The notes under the pieces: model-generated | Seen by the model: the letters and a program-made list of their open reading frames with translations, nothing else | What the model was told of the DNA's origin: nothing | Databases searched by the model: none | NCBI GenBank assembly: GCA_030704615.1 | Contig: CM060732.1 | Location: 71,610,001 to 71,674,000, forward strand | Direction of reading: 5' to 3' | Length of the DNA: 64,000 bases | Source of the DNA: Takakia lepidozioides | Lineage: Eukaryota; Plantae; Bryophyta | Position numbers and translations under genes: made by a program | In this document: positions 1 to 13,607 of the stretch, one piece after another | Position numbering within the stretch: the stretch's first letter is position 1 | Layout of the letters: every line of letters starts with the position of its first letter

Positions 1-990
1 CCTCAAATACATGCCCTATGTGGCCAATTTTCACATGAAAAAAACAATGACAAGTTGGGCTCAAACAGTGTGCGTTGACGCACACTGTTTGAGCTGCCAC
101 GTAAGTGTGTATTGAAGCTCAAAGAGATGCCCTATGTGGCCGATTATCAGGAAAAAAAAAAAAAAAAAAAAAAAAACATGGATGGCTGCAACAGTGTGCG
201 TTGACGCACACTGTTTGAGCTGCCACGTAAGTCTGCATTGAACCTCAAATACATGCCCTATGTGGCCGATTTTCACATGAAAAAAATAAAGACATGTTGG
301 GGTCAAACAGTGTGCGTTGACGCACACTGTTTGAGCTGCCACGTAAGTGTGTATTGAGGCTCAAAGAGATGCCATATGTGGCCGATTTTCATATAAAAAA
401 AAATAATGACATGGTGGGCTGGAACAGTGTGCGTTGACGCACACTATTTGAGCTGCCAGGTAAGTCTGCATTGAACCTCAAATACATGCCCTATGTGGCC
501 AATTTTCACATGAAAAAAACAATGACAAGTTGGGCTCAAACAGTGTGCGTTGACGCACACTATTTGAGCTGCCACGTAAGTGTGCATTGAAGCTCAAAGA
601 GATGCCTTATGTGGCCGATTTTCAGATTAAAAATATAATGACATGGTGGGCTCAAACAGTGTGCATTGACGCACGCTGCTGGAGCTACCACGTAAGTGTG
701 CATTGAAGCTCAAAGAGATGCCCTATGTGGCCGATTTTCACATGAAAAAAATAATGACAAGGTGGGCTCAAATAGTGTGCGTTGACGCACACTGCTGGAG
801 CTGCCAGGTAAGTGTGCATTGAACAAGAAAGAGATGCCCTATGAGGCCGATTTCCAAATGAAAAAAAGAATGACAAGGTGGGCTCAAACAGTGTGCGTTG
901 ACGCACACTGCTAGAGCTGCCAGGTAAGTGTGCATTGAAACTTAAAGAGATACCCTATGAGGCTGATTCCAAATGAAAAAAACAATGACA
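1..990. repeat. ~120-bp tandem repeat (about 8 units) with an internal perfect hairpin; probably subterminal array of the adjacent MULE-like element
   Basis: Recurring unit CTCAAA(T/G)A(C/G)ATGCCCTATGTGGCCGATTTT...; each unit contains GCTCAAACAGTGTGCGT-TG-ACGCACACTGTTTGAGC or a variant (17-bp arms, e.g. 59-94). Confidence 0.93.
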
Positions 991-1288
991 AGATGCACAA
1001 CACAACCTCATTACATTCGGGGTCTTCCTGTTTACTGCTCTCTAGGGTTGTTGTCGTCTTTCCATAATTGATGGTTTCATGTCATGTTTAGGGTTTGTTT
1101 TTCATCCAAATACAACACGGCTTCTTGTGGCTTCTTGTCACCCTAAACAGTTTTTCTGATTGGTGTCTCTCAGTGTGGTTGTCTGCGAAGTTCGGTGCAT
1201 GTCATTCCTACATCCTTTGCAGGCATCGCCCACAGTCTTTGGGTTAGTGCTAACCTTATTGACCTCAGTTTGGTCAGTGGAGGAAAAC

Positions 1289-2492
1289 ATGTCGAGGGAG
1301 CAAGATAGACTCGCTCGATTTCATTCCAATGCAGGTAGTCTTCCAGTGACTACCACTACAGACGACAATGGGTTTGCAGTTGTTCATGAGGATGAGCTGG
1401 TTACAGTGTTCCCGCTGGAATTGGATTCTCTGCTTGTTCAAAAAGAGGTGTATGACGAGGATGGGAATTTGGATTCTGGGCACTTGGAGAAACCATTGGT
1501 TGGCAAGTGTGGAAGGAAGTGGAGAGTCCTTCCAGGCACATCCTGTGTCCTTGGAAAAGAGAGAAGACAATCAGCAGGATCAGTAGTTACCCCTGGCACT
1601 ACAGCATCAGTCGTGCAGCAGAAGGGCACAGTTCATGTGAAACAAGATGTGAGCACATCCACTACATTCGTGACTCGTCCTCGGAGGATGTTTCTGAGAT
1701 TCCTCCGCCAGTGCAGACTCCCATCTTGGATGATGACGAATTGCAGGAGATAATGAGTGTCATTCCGAAATTGAAAGCCCTCGCAGGGGTGCCTGGGTGT
1801 AAGAGCGAGCTGCGTTTTGTTGATTGGGAGTCCCTTCGTGTGCAGCGGGTTCAATACGTGCCAACAAAGTTTGATGGGGACATCTTGTTTGAGCTCAACC
1901 CTCCCACGTCTTCCAGTGGACTGGCTAGGCTTCTGCAAGGCATGGACAAGAAACATGACGGACACCCTTGGTGCATGACAAAAACATCGAACATCCACAA
2001 CGACATTGGATTGAAATTTCGAAGGTCGGTTTGCGTTGGGCATTGCAAGTGCGTGAATATTTCTTGCCCTCGGCTGAGAAACAGCGCTAATCGGCTGATG
2101 ACGAATCGGGTGCAGATCACAAATGCAAGATGGAATCGGCTAGAATTTTGCAGGCTCGGGTGACTCGTATCACCGAAGTCCCTGCCCCGGGGCATGGACG
2201 GATTTACACAGTGCTGTCTATTGGCTCAATTCTTCATGGCAAAGAATATCAGGTTACCGTGGGGAATTTCCCTAAATGCATTTGTCCGGATTTTGTAACG
2301 ATGCGTGAGGGCGCTCTCGGCATGAGAGGGAAGTGGATCCTCTGCAAGCATCAATATTACATATACCTTGTAATTATGTGTTGCGATGGTAAGAGAGACC
2401 AATTCATTCACCAAGCCACACTAGGCTACGGAGAAGTCATCACCCTTCTGCAGCGGGACACCTCACGTGGGGCTCCGCCAAATTCTCTTTGA
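1289..2492 (+). mobile_element. Internally deleted MULE-like transposon: GCM/WRKY-like Zn-finger N-terminus joined to a SWIM finger (pseudogene)
   Basis: Frameshifted ORFs 1160-1753 and 1507-2163 are homologous to 49847-50857 (DDNGFAVVHE vs DDDGFALVHE; GMDKxHDGHPWCxTKTSNIHN). SWIM motif CICPDF...CKH lies in 2130-2492. The DDE core present in the second copy is missing. Confidence 0.75.
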
Positions 2493-2899
2493 ACACATAC
2501 GAGCCATGCCCGCTTCCCATGCTGGTTTCCAGGTTACCGTGTGAAGACTTTGCATTTATGACAAACACATACATTTCGTTCACGGAACCAGGGCAAATGC
2601 ACATGCCATTCATTGTAAGCGTCTATCTGTGAATTCAAATAAAGTGTGTCAATCATTCTGAGCTCAAATCTGCCATATTTTCATATTCCTCTTTTTGTGC
2701 AGGCATTGCAGACACGGTGCATGGTGGCCCCCTTTGTTTTGTCCACGGTAATAGGCCCTCTTCCTGCAATCCTTGCCTATAGGACCTGCTTCTCCAGCAG
2801 ATTTGTGCCGCTCACGCTTTGCAGCTTCAACGTGAGCTCAGCTCCCAGGCTCACGGGGCTGGGCTCACGCCGTAGCTACGCTGCTCTACCTCTAAGTCT

Positions 2900-5800
2900 G
2901 CTGGACTTAAGGTTGCAGTTACGGAGGACAATTGGGAGCCTGACATTGGACCCATTGTCACTGAAAGAGAGAGACGACGTATACGGCGGTTCCTGAGGGC
3001 TTATAGGAATTGCTTTGCCTTCAGTTTGAAGGATTTGGGAGCACTGAAGGGTCGGGAGATTCGTATTGAGTTGGCCACGGACATGCCAATCTTTCGAAGA
3101 CCCTATAGATACAGTGATATGGAGAGGTCTTTGATTCAGATGAGGACTCAAGATCTCTGGGAGGCTGGTTTGGTGGAGCTCTCTGGTGGAGAGTATGCTT
3201 CAGCCACGGTGATGTCAGCCAAGAAGGATGTCTATGGCAATTGGACGGAGAGACGTATGTGCGGTGACTACCGGCCTGTAAATCGTCAGACCAAGTCCGA
3301 TAAGTATGCCATGCCCACACCGGAGGAGATCTTTGATGCCATCGGGCATGCCAAGATCTTTAGCACTTTGGACTTGCGGTCCGGATATCACCAGTTGCAT
3401 GCCGATCAAGGAGGCGGATAAGCAGAAGACGACATTCTGGGGGATCAATGAGCACGGGAAGGATTGCCTATATCAGTGGCGGTTCTTACCATTCGGGCTT
3501 AAGAACGCTCCCGTAGAGTTCCAGAGAGTCATGGACAGGATTCTAGCAGGGGTGGACTTTGCTCGGTGCTATATAGATGACATCATCATCTTTAGTGCTA
3601 CGGTGGAGGAGCACGAGAGACACCTTCAGGTGGTGTTTGAGCGCTTGAGAGCGCACGATTGAAATTACATCCGGGAAGTGCAAGTTCTTCCACAACCAGA
3701 TTGAGTATCTGGGCCACATGATATATCCTAGAGGATTGGGGGTGCAACAGACTAAGGTAGAGGCCATCACACAGATTTCACGCCCCATCCGAGTTCGAGC
3801 TTTCATGGGGTTGGCAAACTACTGTAGACGGTTTGTCAAGGGATTTAGTGCTATTGCAAAGGCTATAACCAAGCTGACCAAGGTAGACCAGGAGTGGCAG
3901 TGGGAAGATGAGCAAGAGCGAACTTCTCAGGAGCTCAAGACAAGGTTGACCTCGGCGCCCATCTTGAGACGACCTATCAGGGGGCGTCCCTTTCAGCTGC
4001 ATACAGATTGGAGCATGCTGGGGCTTGGAGCGGTGCTCATACAGGTGGATGATGAGGGAAGAGAGTTTGTAGTGGCTTATGCTAGCCGCTCGAACAACGC
4101 TACAGAGTCCAAGTATAGCTCATATGAGGAGGAGTGTTTAGCTGCAGTGTGGGTCGTGACACACTTCAGGTGCTATCTATACGACAATCTCTTCACTCTT
4201 GTCACGGATCACTGTCACTCAAGTGGTTGATGGAGTCAGACAAGCTTACGGGGAAGCTTGCACGGAGGGCACTTATACTCCAATAGTATGACTTTCAGGT
4301 GGTGCATCGACCGGGTTTGGTCAATCGGGATGTGGATGGATTGAGTCGCAATCCATGCACGAGCCAGCACGATGACACTAGAGCTCAGGGGCATGGTGAG
4401 ACGGACGAGGAGATAGTGTCGGGTGGGATGCATCTGCCTTTTTGTGTATCTTGGTATCGGGAGGACAAGTTGGACCTACAACATGGATGACTGTAGACGG
4501 AGTGTCTGAGGACCCTGAGGCTCGAAATGAGCCAGGTGGTGCCAGAGATATATATAAGGATTCAGTTGTGTTGAACTACCTCTGCAGTGGAGACACGACA
4601 GTTAGTGTGACTGCCAAGGAGAGGGATCAGATCCTACAACGAGCCAAGAGGTTCAAGTGGGAGAGGATACACCTGCTTCGAGTGCTCCTCCTCCATCCGG
4701 GAGCTGCTGTCATTGAGCGTACTCCGCTACTCTTTTTCAAGGATGCCGTGCCGCCGAAATCCAGCTGACTGCCCTTATCATGGCCACGATTATGCTATGT
4801 TCAAACCAGAATCAGGAGACATCATTGTCTGGCTCTCTGTTTTCACAGACGCTGCTGGAATCAAGCAAGAGTCTTTGCGCGCAATGGAGTATCTGGAGGG
4901 CTATTACCGCTTTGAGCGAGGTGAGGGTGAGGGTCAATGCGGTCCGTGGGTCCTGAAAATTGTTGACCTCGATATACCAAGCTGGAAAGGGATGCCCGAC
5001 AGATCACGCACGGCCTCGCTTTGGCGCTGGAACTGCTGCCAGTGGACCAAGGAGGACGGCACCGGGGCAATATTGGTGGCGTGGTATGCACACAGAGGTG
5101 TAAACAGTTTGTGGCTAGGTGCATGGTGTGTGACAGGGTGCGTGCTTCATTCAACGCCCCTACACCACAGTTGCATCCTTTACCTATCATGAGATTAGGC
5201 TACAGGTGGAGTCTTGACTTCGCAGGGCCTTTGCCACTGACAATGCGTCACCACAGATATGTGTTGGTGATGGTGGAGCACTTCTCCAAGTGGATTGAGT
5301 TGGTTCCATTGCCGGACAAGGCTAGTGAGGGGGCTGCGTATGCATTCATGGATCGTGTGCTTAGCCAGTTCGGTGCTCCAGCTGAGGTACTCACGGACCA
5401 AGAGAGAGAGTTCTTAGGGGAGTTTTCAGGCTTTGTGTGATAAAGCCTTGATAGACCACCGTACCACTTCTCGGGATCATCCTGAGGCCGATGGCTTGGC
5501 AGAGAGAGTGGTGCAGACGGTGAAGAGGGATTTGCGCAAGTATGGCTTGCAAAAGGGACACCTAGGAGATTGGGATCTTCAGGTACCTTGGTTAGCCATG
5601 GGCTACAGGTTGAGCAAGCAAACATCACTTGCGTCATTCTCACCATATTTCCTTCTATTTGGCCGAGAGCCAGATTTGCCTACGTCTATTCGCAGGGACG
5701 TTGCAGTAGTTCTCAACCTTGATGATCCGGATGTGTGGACACAAGCATGTGCCCAACGGGCAGAGTTGTTCAAGAGAGTCATGCCTATGGCTTTTGAGAA

Positions 5801-6257
5801 TCTTGCTATTGCCCAACACCGAAACACATTGAGGTATGCCACTATACGTGGAGGGGGATATCGGCCAGGTGTTCGGCGGTTCCACCCTGGGGACTATGCG
5901 TATCTGCAGCAGACAGCGCCTACGACCTTGGATGTCACAGCAGGACGTGTGATTCTAAGGGTCAAAGAGGTGTTGCCTTCAGGAGTGTTGATTCTGGAGG
6001 GTCGAGATGGCATGGTATGGAAGGACCATGTACGCAATTGTGCGCCATGTCACCTTCCACATGTGGATGGGATGATAGATCCCAACCTTGCAGTGGTACC
6101 TGCAGGATTGCGTTGCATGCTATGTGGGCATGCTCGTGGTGCCGCCACTATGCTGGTGTGTGATCGATGCTTAAGAGGTTGGCACAAGGGATGCTTGACA
6201 CCACCTCTTGAGAGGGTTCCTGATGGAGATTGGTTATGTCCATACTGCTTGGGATAG
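2900..6257 (+). mobile_element. Ty3/Gypsy pol remnant (RT-RNaseH-integrase) with C-terminal PHD finger; frameshifted
   Basis: [30 protein letters not shown] (RT); LHTDWS..GLGAVL..VVAYASR (RNase H); WSLDFAGP, LTDQ, ADGLAERVV (integrase); CMLC..CDRC..WHKGC..WLCPYC (C4HC3 PHD). Confidence 0.92.
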
Positions 6258-6929
6258 TGACAATGAATATGACTAGTGGCAGCTAACAAGACATGGGAGG
6301 CCAAGCTCATAGGAGTCAATACCCGAGATCTCAGGCTTAAGTTCACAGATTGCAAGACGACGACTAACGATGGGGCAACTCTTGTACCTGACCTCTTGAT
6401 CTATCGAGTTTGAGTGTAGTAAGGACAGTGGTGGAGGAGCCATTGTAGGGTCTTCAAAAACCCCTCATGGTGAACTGTGTGAACAGCCCCGCACGCCACA
6501 AATCTTGAAGATTTCTGCGTTTCCTTCCCCCTTCCGTCCCCAGAAGGTTGTGTATCCCGAGACTGTTAATACACTTGATAGTACAAATGCCACGACACGA
6601 TTCATGGTGAGGTGGATGGGAGTATGCAGTGCAGATTTGAGCCTGCCCGCTCTGTTAAATTTGCCAGCCCCATTGCCACCCATGCTAATGTGGTTGGTAC
6701 CGCGTGGGATGCAATGCAGCCTCCTGCTGATGAAGTCCCATCCAAAGGTGTTCTTGTAGTTCCATGCCAACAAACTAAGACATTGAAGAGGTACTCATTT
6801 ATATTCCTGCATATAACATGCTTATTGCTATGCATACAATTGCACTCCTGCATGTATGCGGTTATGAATTCTTATTGGTTGCTCCACACTGCACATGATA
6901 CATAGCGAAATGGAAAACGTTCTGTGAGT

Positions 6930-8600
6930 TCAACACCCGTGCACCCTTGTTTTATTGTATATGATATGGTATAACTTCACATCCAATTCCGAGTTGCAAC
7001 ACAGTTTTCCGTTGCCCATGCACATTTGCCATAAACGTATATGTGGTATATGTTCAGGATTTCCCATGGTGCGCTCGTTGCTCCAATGATTGACATATGG
7101 TTTTTCCAAGATGCATTGTCCAACCCCACACCACAAGGCCTGGAAGGAAGCAGGATAAAAAATGGTAAGGTCCCGTACAGCCCTGTGTCTGACTTGTTGC
7201 ATGAAGTCATGGATGGAATCCAAAACACGCAGTCGGTCTGCTCCCTGTCGGTCAACAAGGTCATCTGCGCTTTGGAGCACCTCCTCCTGGACTTCATCGT
7301 AGGGGCATGCGGCCATACAACAAGTGGCCAAATGACAGGAAATTCGCTGTTGCATTTCTTATCGTATTGTTACCCTTGGCGGTGGACATAAGTTGGTCAA
7401 GGAGTTCATCTAACATGTGGTTTCTGGGTGTGGACAGGGGCATAGTCGCGTCAATGTGGCAGATCCAAAGGAGGCGCAAAACTCTCATGAAAGGGGGGAC
7501 TTTGGGGACCTCTCCCAGATTTGATGATGATGCAAAACGCTGGACGAGCATTTGAGCTTCTTCTTTGGAATAACTGAAAACTTTAGGCATGTCTGGAAAC
7601 TCACCCATCTTCACAATTTTGAACAAGGGGGACCAGCCCCGTTTAGCCTCGTGTATTTCATCATGTGCTAGCCTCTCCCATTTGGCCATCCCAGCCTCGA
7701 CATACTCATGTCTTCGAGCGTCCAACGCAGCCAGAGCTGCAACCTCCTTCACTTTATAATCATTGAGAGCATCCTTGTATTTGTTGTAGTACTCGCGTCA
7801 TCTTAAAGGATAGGAGAATCTAAGTCCCGTCGCATTTTGAGCATCACAAAATAACCTTCATTCAAGTTGCATGTTTTACCTGCAACCGAAGGTCATTACT
7901 GTTTGAGTCAACTTCAATAACCTAAACCTCACGAGCTTTGAGAAAAGTGATAACCGACCAATACTCCTTAGTACCCATTACAACTCTCTCTTTGAGTGAG
8001 ATCTTTTGAATTATTCCAAGGTTAAATTGTAATGTATATTTTTGTTCAAATTACAAATGCAGATTGAATTCAAGTTTTGGGCTTACCACCATATCATGAA
8101 TCTTATGAATATGTCCAAGATCATCATATGATCTCAATATTATTTGGTGACTTTTGAGGCTGCGGTCTTGTTGTGTAGTATTGGCTTAGGTCTGAAACTA
8201 AGACTATAAATCAATTACATTTGCTTTAGCAAAAGTCCACATTATTTGTTTATCTTTTAAAACAATAATTTTAGCATCATCTTTATTGTCCAATATCTAC
8301 ACTCAACATGTATGTGCACTATCATACAAGACAATGTCCCCCATTGAGGCATTCAACTCCCATAAATTAAATAGGTCAAGGAAAACTAATCTAAACACTC
8401 CATATAGAGCACCACATCAGTTACAACTCCAGTCTAAAGTCCCTCTTGAGGGCTGCCCGTGTCTCTGTGCAAATGCCATCGGACAGATCCAATGAAGTGG
8501 GTATTTGATCACATAACATGATGAGGGTCGAAAGGTTCACTTCTATGCCAAGTGAGTTATCATATAGATCATGTGCCCCAACATTTTTGCCTAAAAATAT
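6930..8600 (-). mobile_element. Degraded ORF, possibly C-terminal part of a DDE DNA transposase (Kolobok/MULE-like)
   Basis: Overlapping ORFs 7294-7752 and 6930-7355. An upstream exon-like segment after TTGCAG (~7880) reads GKTCNLNEGYF, resembling the TxNxNE third-catalytic-residue motif. No other motif recognised. Confidence 0.3.
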
Positions 8601-9859
8601 GAAAGTTGAAGTTTTAGAATGTCATGTTAGAATCCAGATGAAACTCAACCAATTGTAATGCAGATCCACAATTCCAGCTTCTATGCAGATCAGAAATTGT
8701 TCATGTATTTTGAGTAAGAAAATTACCTGAATATTAGCCCTGGAGATGTAACCCTGCTTGATGAATCTGACTTGGAGGTTGAAGTGTCTAAAGCCATGGG
8801 TGTGTGTCCGGGAAAATTCAACTCAGTATTTGAATTATGTGTTCACACTTTCTTTTCCATGCAATTTCGGAATATATTTACAAATTCGGGCAGATCATTT
8901 TGTTGTAATCTGCTATACACAATGGTCAAATTGTCTCCACTTTTGACAGGATGTGAATGTAGTAGATATATACATACATATATAAGGTGGGTAAAAAACA
9001 TCGTCATTCATCAGGATATTTAGTGTGCACTTCTGTAGGCGCATCAAAAGGGTGCTCGTCGTTTAAAGGGTTAAGAAACCCAAATTGTTCACTATAGATG
9101 CTGTAAAAATTCTAAAACTTTTATCAAATTTTCTGAATTGAGTATGTCGAATGACATTTGGGATGTCAGAAACTTCAAAGTTCGTATGTTTGATGCTAGC
9201 CTTGTGGATTTAGTTAATGTGAGCTACAATATGTTAATTCGACATGTTTTCTTTGAAATGAAGAGAGTGTTAATTAGTGGGACAAGTTTACTAGAGAGCA
9301 AATAGTCTTTAACGTCTCATTGTAAAAATGCTGCAGTGTAACTATAACTTCGTGAATGAGTTACGCATGGACATTTGCAGATATTTCAGATGTAAAAACA
9401 CGTATAGCCAAGTTTACAAAGTTTAATCATTCAGTTTGGTGGCATGATCATTGGCAATTTATTTCTAAATAGACGGGAGAGAAGAATGAGTGATGGTGAC
9501 GGTGACAGTACTCTGCCTGCCTATCTTTGTGTAACGCTTTGAAGTACTAGTACGGGATGAGAGATCAAAATGTTGGTAGCTTAACATTCATGTGCAGCAA
9601 AGTAAAGGACACAATAAACAGTATTAGAAGCGTGCACACGATTTATGCAAATATTTCAAAACGAACTTGTAACATTTGCAACTAAAATGTTACAAGCTTA
9701 CCTTCGATGTACATGGACGCCTTCACTATATAGCGTCTCTCTGCAATTCGGCGCGACACAGTATACTCAATATTTGTACTTACAACAATCTTCTCAAAGC
9801 ACAGTATGTATATACAAAGACTTGTGCTACTACTCTTCCTGCTCCTGCCTTTACATCTT

Positions 9860-10716
9860 TTACTTTCCAGTCACCTTCTCCTTGGCACCCTGCACAGCTT
9901 CGCTCACCTTCTCACCAGTCTGCACAGATAACCGGAGTACAGATTTCAACAAACAGCAACTATAAGCAAGCCTTGCATTGGAAAAATGCATCTACAATTA
10001 GCATTGTGACCCAGAATGACATTGTTCAGTTACGAAGAATATATCGCGGGTACAACGTCTCGCATCACAACGATCGCATACCTTCTGGAAGAAATTGCCA
10101 CCCTGATCCTTCGCCGCGACACCCTTATCCTGGGCAGCCCCGACAGTGTCAGAAGCTCCCTGCTTGGTATTATTCCACGCGTCGCCAGCTATATCCCCTG
10201 CTTGGCTTGTCTTGTCCTGAGCGCCTCCAGCAAGATCCTGCACGTTCATGAGCAAGTAGTTTCAGTACTGAATCTAAATGTAAACTTGCCTGTATAAAAC
10301 TAAGCTGTAACTCAAACCTGTTCGTTTCTGTGAGGTGCAGCTGGACGACACATACTCCCACTGCACATCATCAACATTCCTATCCTCCCGCCTCTAGCTG
10401 CTCGTTTACGTGGAGAAGAACTGAATGCGTATGGAAGATGGCACTCCAATTTCAGGGCGTTTACATTCCCCACCTCCCAATGAGCGGGTGGAGAAAGATC
10501 GTCCGGTCTCGTGATGCAAGCTGGTACGCATCGACGAGAAAAACCACGCATACATCAAGTTCACAACAAACATGAAATATAATGAGGGGAAGATATCCAT
10601 CTGAGAAAAACCTTGGCGCCCTGGTTGGTCTGTCCAGCAGCATCGGAGGTATACTGCTTGGCCTGCTCCGTCTTGTCGGATGCAGTCTCCTTGGCGCTCT
10701 GGTAGGTGTCCGACAT
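9860..10716 (-). CDS. Late embryogenesis abundant (group 3 / LEA_4-like) protein, 106 aa, exons 10716-10612, 10237-10082, 9919-9860
   Basis: MSDTYQSAKETASDKTEQAKQY...|DLAGGAQDKTSQAGD...GGNFFQK|TGEKVSEAVQGAKEKVTGK*. GT-AG phase-0 introns; hydrophilic A/K/Q/T 11-mer-like repeats. Confidence 0.9.
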
Positions 10717-10870
10717 CGTCGGTGGCGAGAGCTTACAACTCAACTACACAAACGTACGTAAATCACAGCAAGGGACTCGCACAAAGATCGATGAAGACCA
10801 GCGAATGCTTGAAGCAGCGAGCAGCGTAAGACGAGATTGCAGAATGAAAAACAGTAGCGAGCGATGGCGG

Positions 10871-10962
10871 CTTTAAACGCGGCCACTGCTCCACCCACCG
10901 AACTGCGTGGCGCTTGCCAACTGGACCCATCCGACGTGTTCCTTACATGCGTCACACGTGGC
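10871..10962 (-). promoter_or_regulatory. ABA/desiccation-responsive promoter elements of the LEA gene
   Basis: G-box/ABRE ACACGTGGC at 10954-10962, CCGACGTGT (DRE core plus ACGT) at 10931, GCGTGGC at ~10905 and TATA-like TTTAAA at ~10872, all 150-250 bp upstream of the ATG. Confidence 0.65.
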
Positions 10963-11654
10963 GGACAAGCACACTGGATATGCTTCAACGTCTGTCACCC
11001 TTTCCAGTTCGTGACACTTGGCTCGCCATCGCCTCCTCTACCTGCCTGTCTCAAAGGCGCTCATGACACTCTGAATCCGACGGTCGTCAGCAGTGGACAT
11101 CCTCTGTCTGTAGGGGCGTCAAATTCGAAGCTAAGTCGTACTGTAGTACCCCTCGCAAACCTGGTTTCCGTCCCTTTGTGTTATTCAAACTGGGGTCCAT
11201 GGCTACGGCAAACAACGTCTTATGAGTACTTATGAGTACATTCTTGATGTGCGTGAATGCTATTCGTTCACTGTGCTGCACTACTAAAGTGGCCGCAGGT
11301 AGCCTTTCCAGCAAATCTTCATTTGCTGAAATGGGGCTGCATCATGTGGAGGATTTCAATGTATATGTGGACTGCAGAAGTGGTTCTTCAAGGTGATATC
11401 ATCGCTTGTTCTTAGTAAACACTTGGCCATCAGAGTTGTAACGACGAAATTGCAGTGCCCCGTGCTTTCCTGGTGTTTACAAGAGTGTTTCATGATCAGG
11501 TGTGTTTAGAACTATGGCTTGCTTCTCAACTGCACCCTAGGGACAAAGACATCTCTCTCAGTTGGTACCTTTCAAGGTGCTTGGAAAGAGTGGATTTCTC
11601 CACATGTTTTTTTTGTTCCCCTTTTTTCTGGCGGAAACCGATGAGCTCCAGGTA

Positions 11655-11850
11655 ACTTACAATTGCGTTACAATTCAGGGCCCTTTACAGAGGAGGGGGA
11701 AAAATTAACCGCATTTCATGTAAGCCGTGAAGCATAAGGAGACACATCCCCAGACCGATCGGCGATGAAACCATACCATACTGGACAAGGTAGCAGGATT
11801 TGAGCCCCAAACCACTGGGGTGACACTATCCAACTGACCTGAGCTACTAT
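11655..11850 (-). mobile_element. tRNA-derived SINE copy
   Basis: Minus strand has A-box TAGCTCAG and B-box GGCTCAAATCC followed by TGCTACCTTGTCCAGTATGGTATG, matching the copy at 15080. Confidence 0.55.
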
Positions 11851-13607
11851 GGTTGTTTTCAGAGTGGTTGCCTGTGGATCAGGGGTTTTATAATTGTGTG
11901 GAAGTGAAAACCTACCTGTAACTTAAAGCACCAGTTTGTTGAAGTGGTTGCAGACTGTTTTGTTGCTTGCTGAATCAGGGGTTCACAATATCTGTATCAG
12001 TGAAAACCTACTTGTAAAAGTGTGTGCAACTGTGATGGGTAGTAAGCTGAAGTGCAGAAATAATGCAGCAACCAACTCTGTTCAGGATGGCTCAAATGCA
12101 CTCCAAGGTTCATAACAATGTGCGGACTACAGGGCATGGTTTTTGGCCCCATTTTGATAATCAAACATTTCCCTACCTCGGTCCGCCACAAGCCAAGTTT
12201 AATTAGTACACCCATATCTTCCAACCTTGGCAAAAACCTTGAAAGCCCTCTAATTTGGTAGAATTTCTTAAGCCAATGGACCACAGGATCTGTCAAACAA
12301 TTTTAGTCATCTAAAAAAGACTTTGCTGGTTTCTGCAGATGCCTAGGACATGACACCTTCTTGTTCAGGTGCTCTCAGAGGCTCTCCACTTTGTAAGAGC
12401 TCTCCCATGTCAGCTGCAGAAATGCATGCGTCTTCGGAAGGTGCACTTCAAGGAGTCCAAAGGTCTGTAAGGGTCTTAACACATGGCTCTTTTTTAACTT
12501 TGTAGCAAAGCTGCTGGAAAGCTTAGAAACTCACAGTGGTATATACGTATATACTAAGGGAAAAAAACATTGAACCTATGTCATATATGGTTCGGGACAG
12601 TTCTTTCTCTCGACTTTGTTGACATGTGTGGTTCACATATAATGCAGTCTAGAACCATGATGCTGACAGTACCTCCTCTATCAAATAGAGTAACATAGGA
12701 CCTGCATTCATTGATTCCGCTCCTGCGCTGGCATCTTTGGTCAAAGTGTGCACAATCCCTCTTTGAATTCAAAATTCTAGGCTTGAACTCAGTTACAGTG
12801 AATAATAGCACCAGTGACAAAAAACTACATGCTTTGAAGACAGCTCCGAGTTACTAGGCTTTCCCATCCAGCGGCTTAAGAGCTGCAACCAGCACTGGAA
12901 TTGAAATGTGTCTGCAAACTGAGCAACCTCTTTTCCATCCCTTGATTCCATGTGACACATGCTATCTCTTCCTACAATGGAGGGTAGCTGCCAAATATAT
13001 GACAGAATACACACTGCATTGCCATGGGAGGGGACGCAGACGTGACAATTCATAATGTTGAACACCGGCCAAGAAAGGACTTACAAGAGCAGCATTGAAG
13101 GAATCCAACTCTGATACCAGGGACCCTGCTTGCATCGCCTGTCCAGCTGACTGCATCATGCTCCCAACAGTCAGCGCCCAGGCTTCATTGGATCTATGCA
13201 GCTTCCCACGAACTAATAACCTTAAACACCAACAAACACACTGCTGTCTGTGACCTCCGTGCAGAGCAAGTGATGGAGTGTCCGACCCGCCTGTGTATCC
13301 AGCTTCCACTCTGCCATCTCCCTCCCGATTTCACGCGCACATTTTCAGGGTTTCTATGTACAAACTACAAACCACAAAAATAGGAAACAATATACAAAGC
13401 ACGTCTGGAAATGGTAAAAGGGAAGTGAATGGTTAGCAAAGAAGGTTGAAGTACCAGAATAGCAAAAGCAAGAGCGAGGCTTTTGATAGCAAGTCGGACT
13501 CATGGGTTTTGTCAGCGTCGTCTTTCTATCCCTTCTTCTCTTTCCCCCAAGCTCCGTGTGTTAGGATCACAAGAACACAATTGGAGAGGTTTTGTCGCCT
13601 CCGCAAT

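Noticed and set aside
1-990. ORFs 61-342 and 685-906
   Set aside because: Translations of the tandem repeat.
12330-13310. Possible degraded coding sequence
   Set aside because: Multiple stops and no recognisable motif on either strand.
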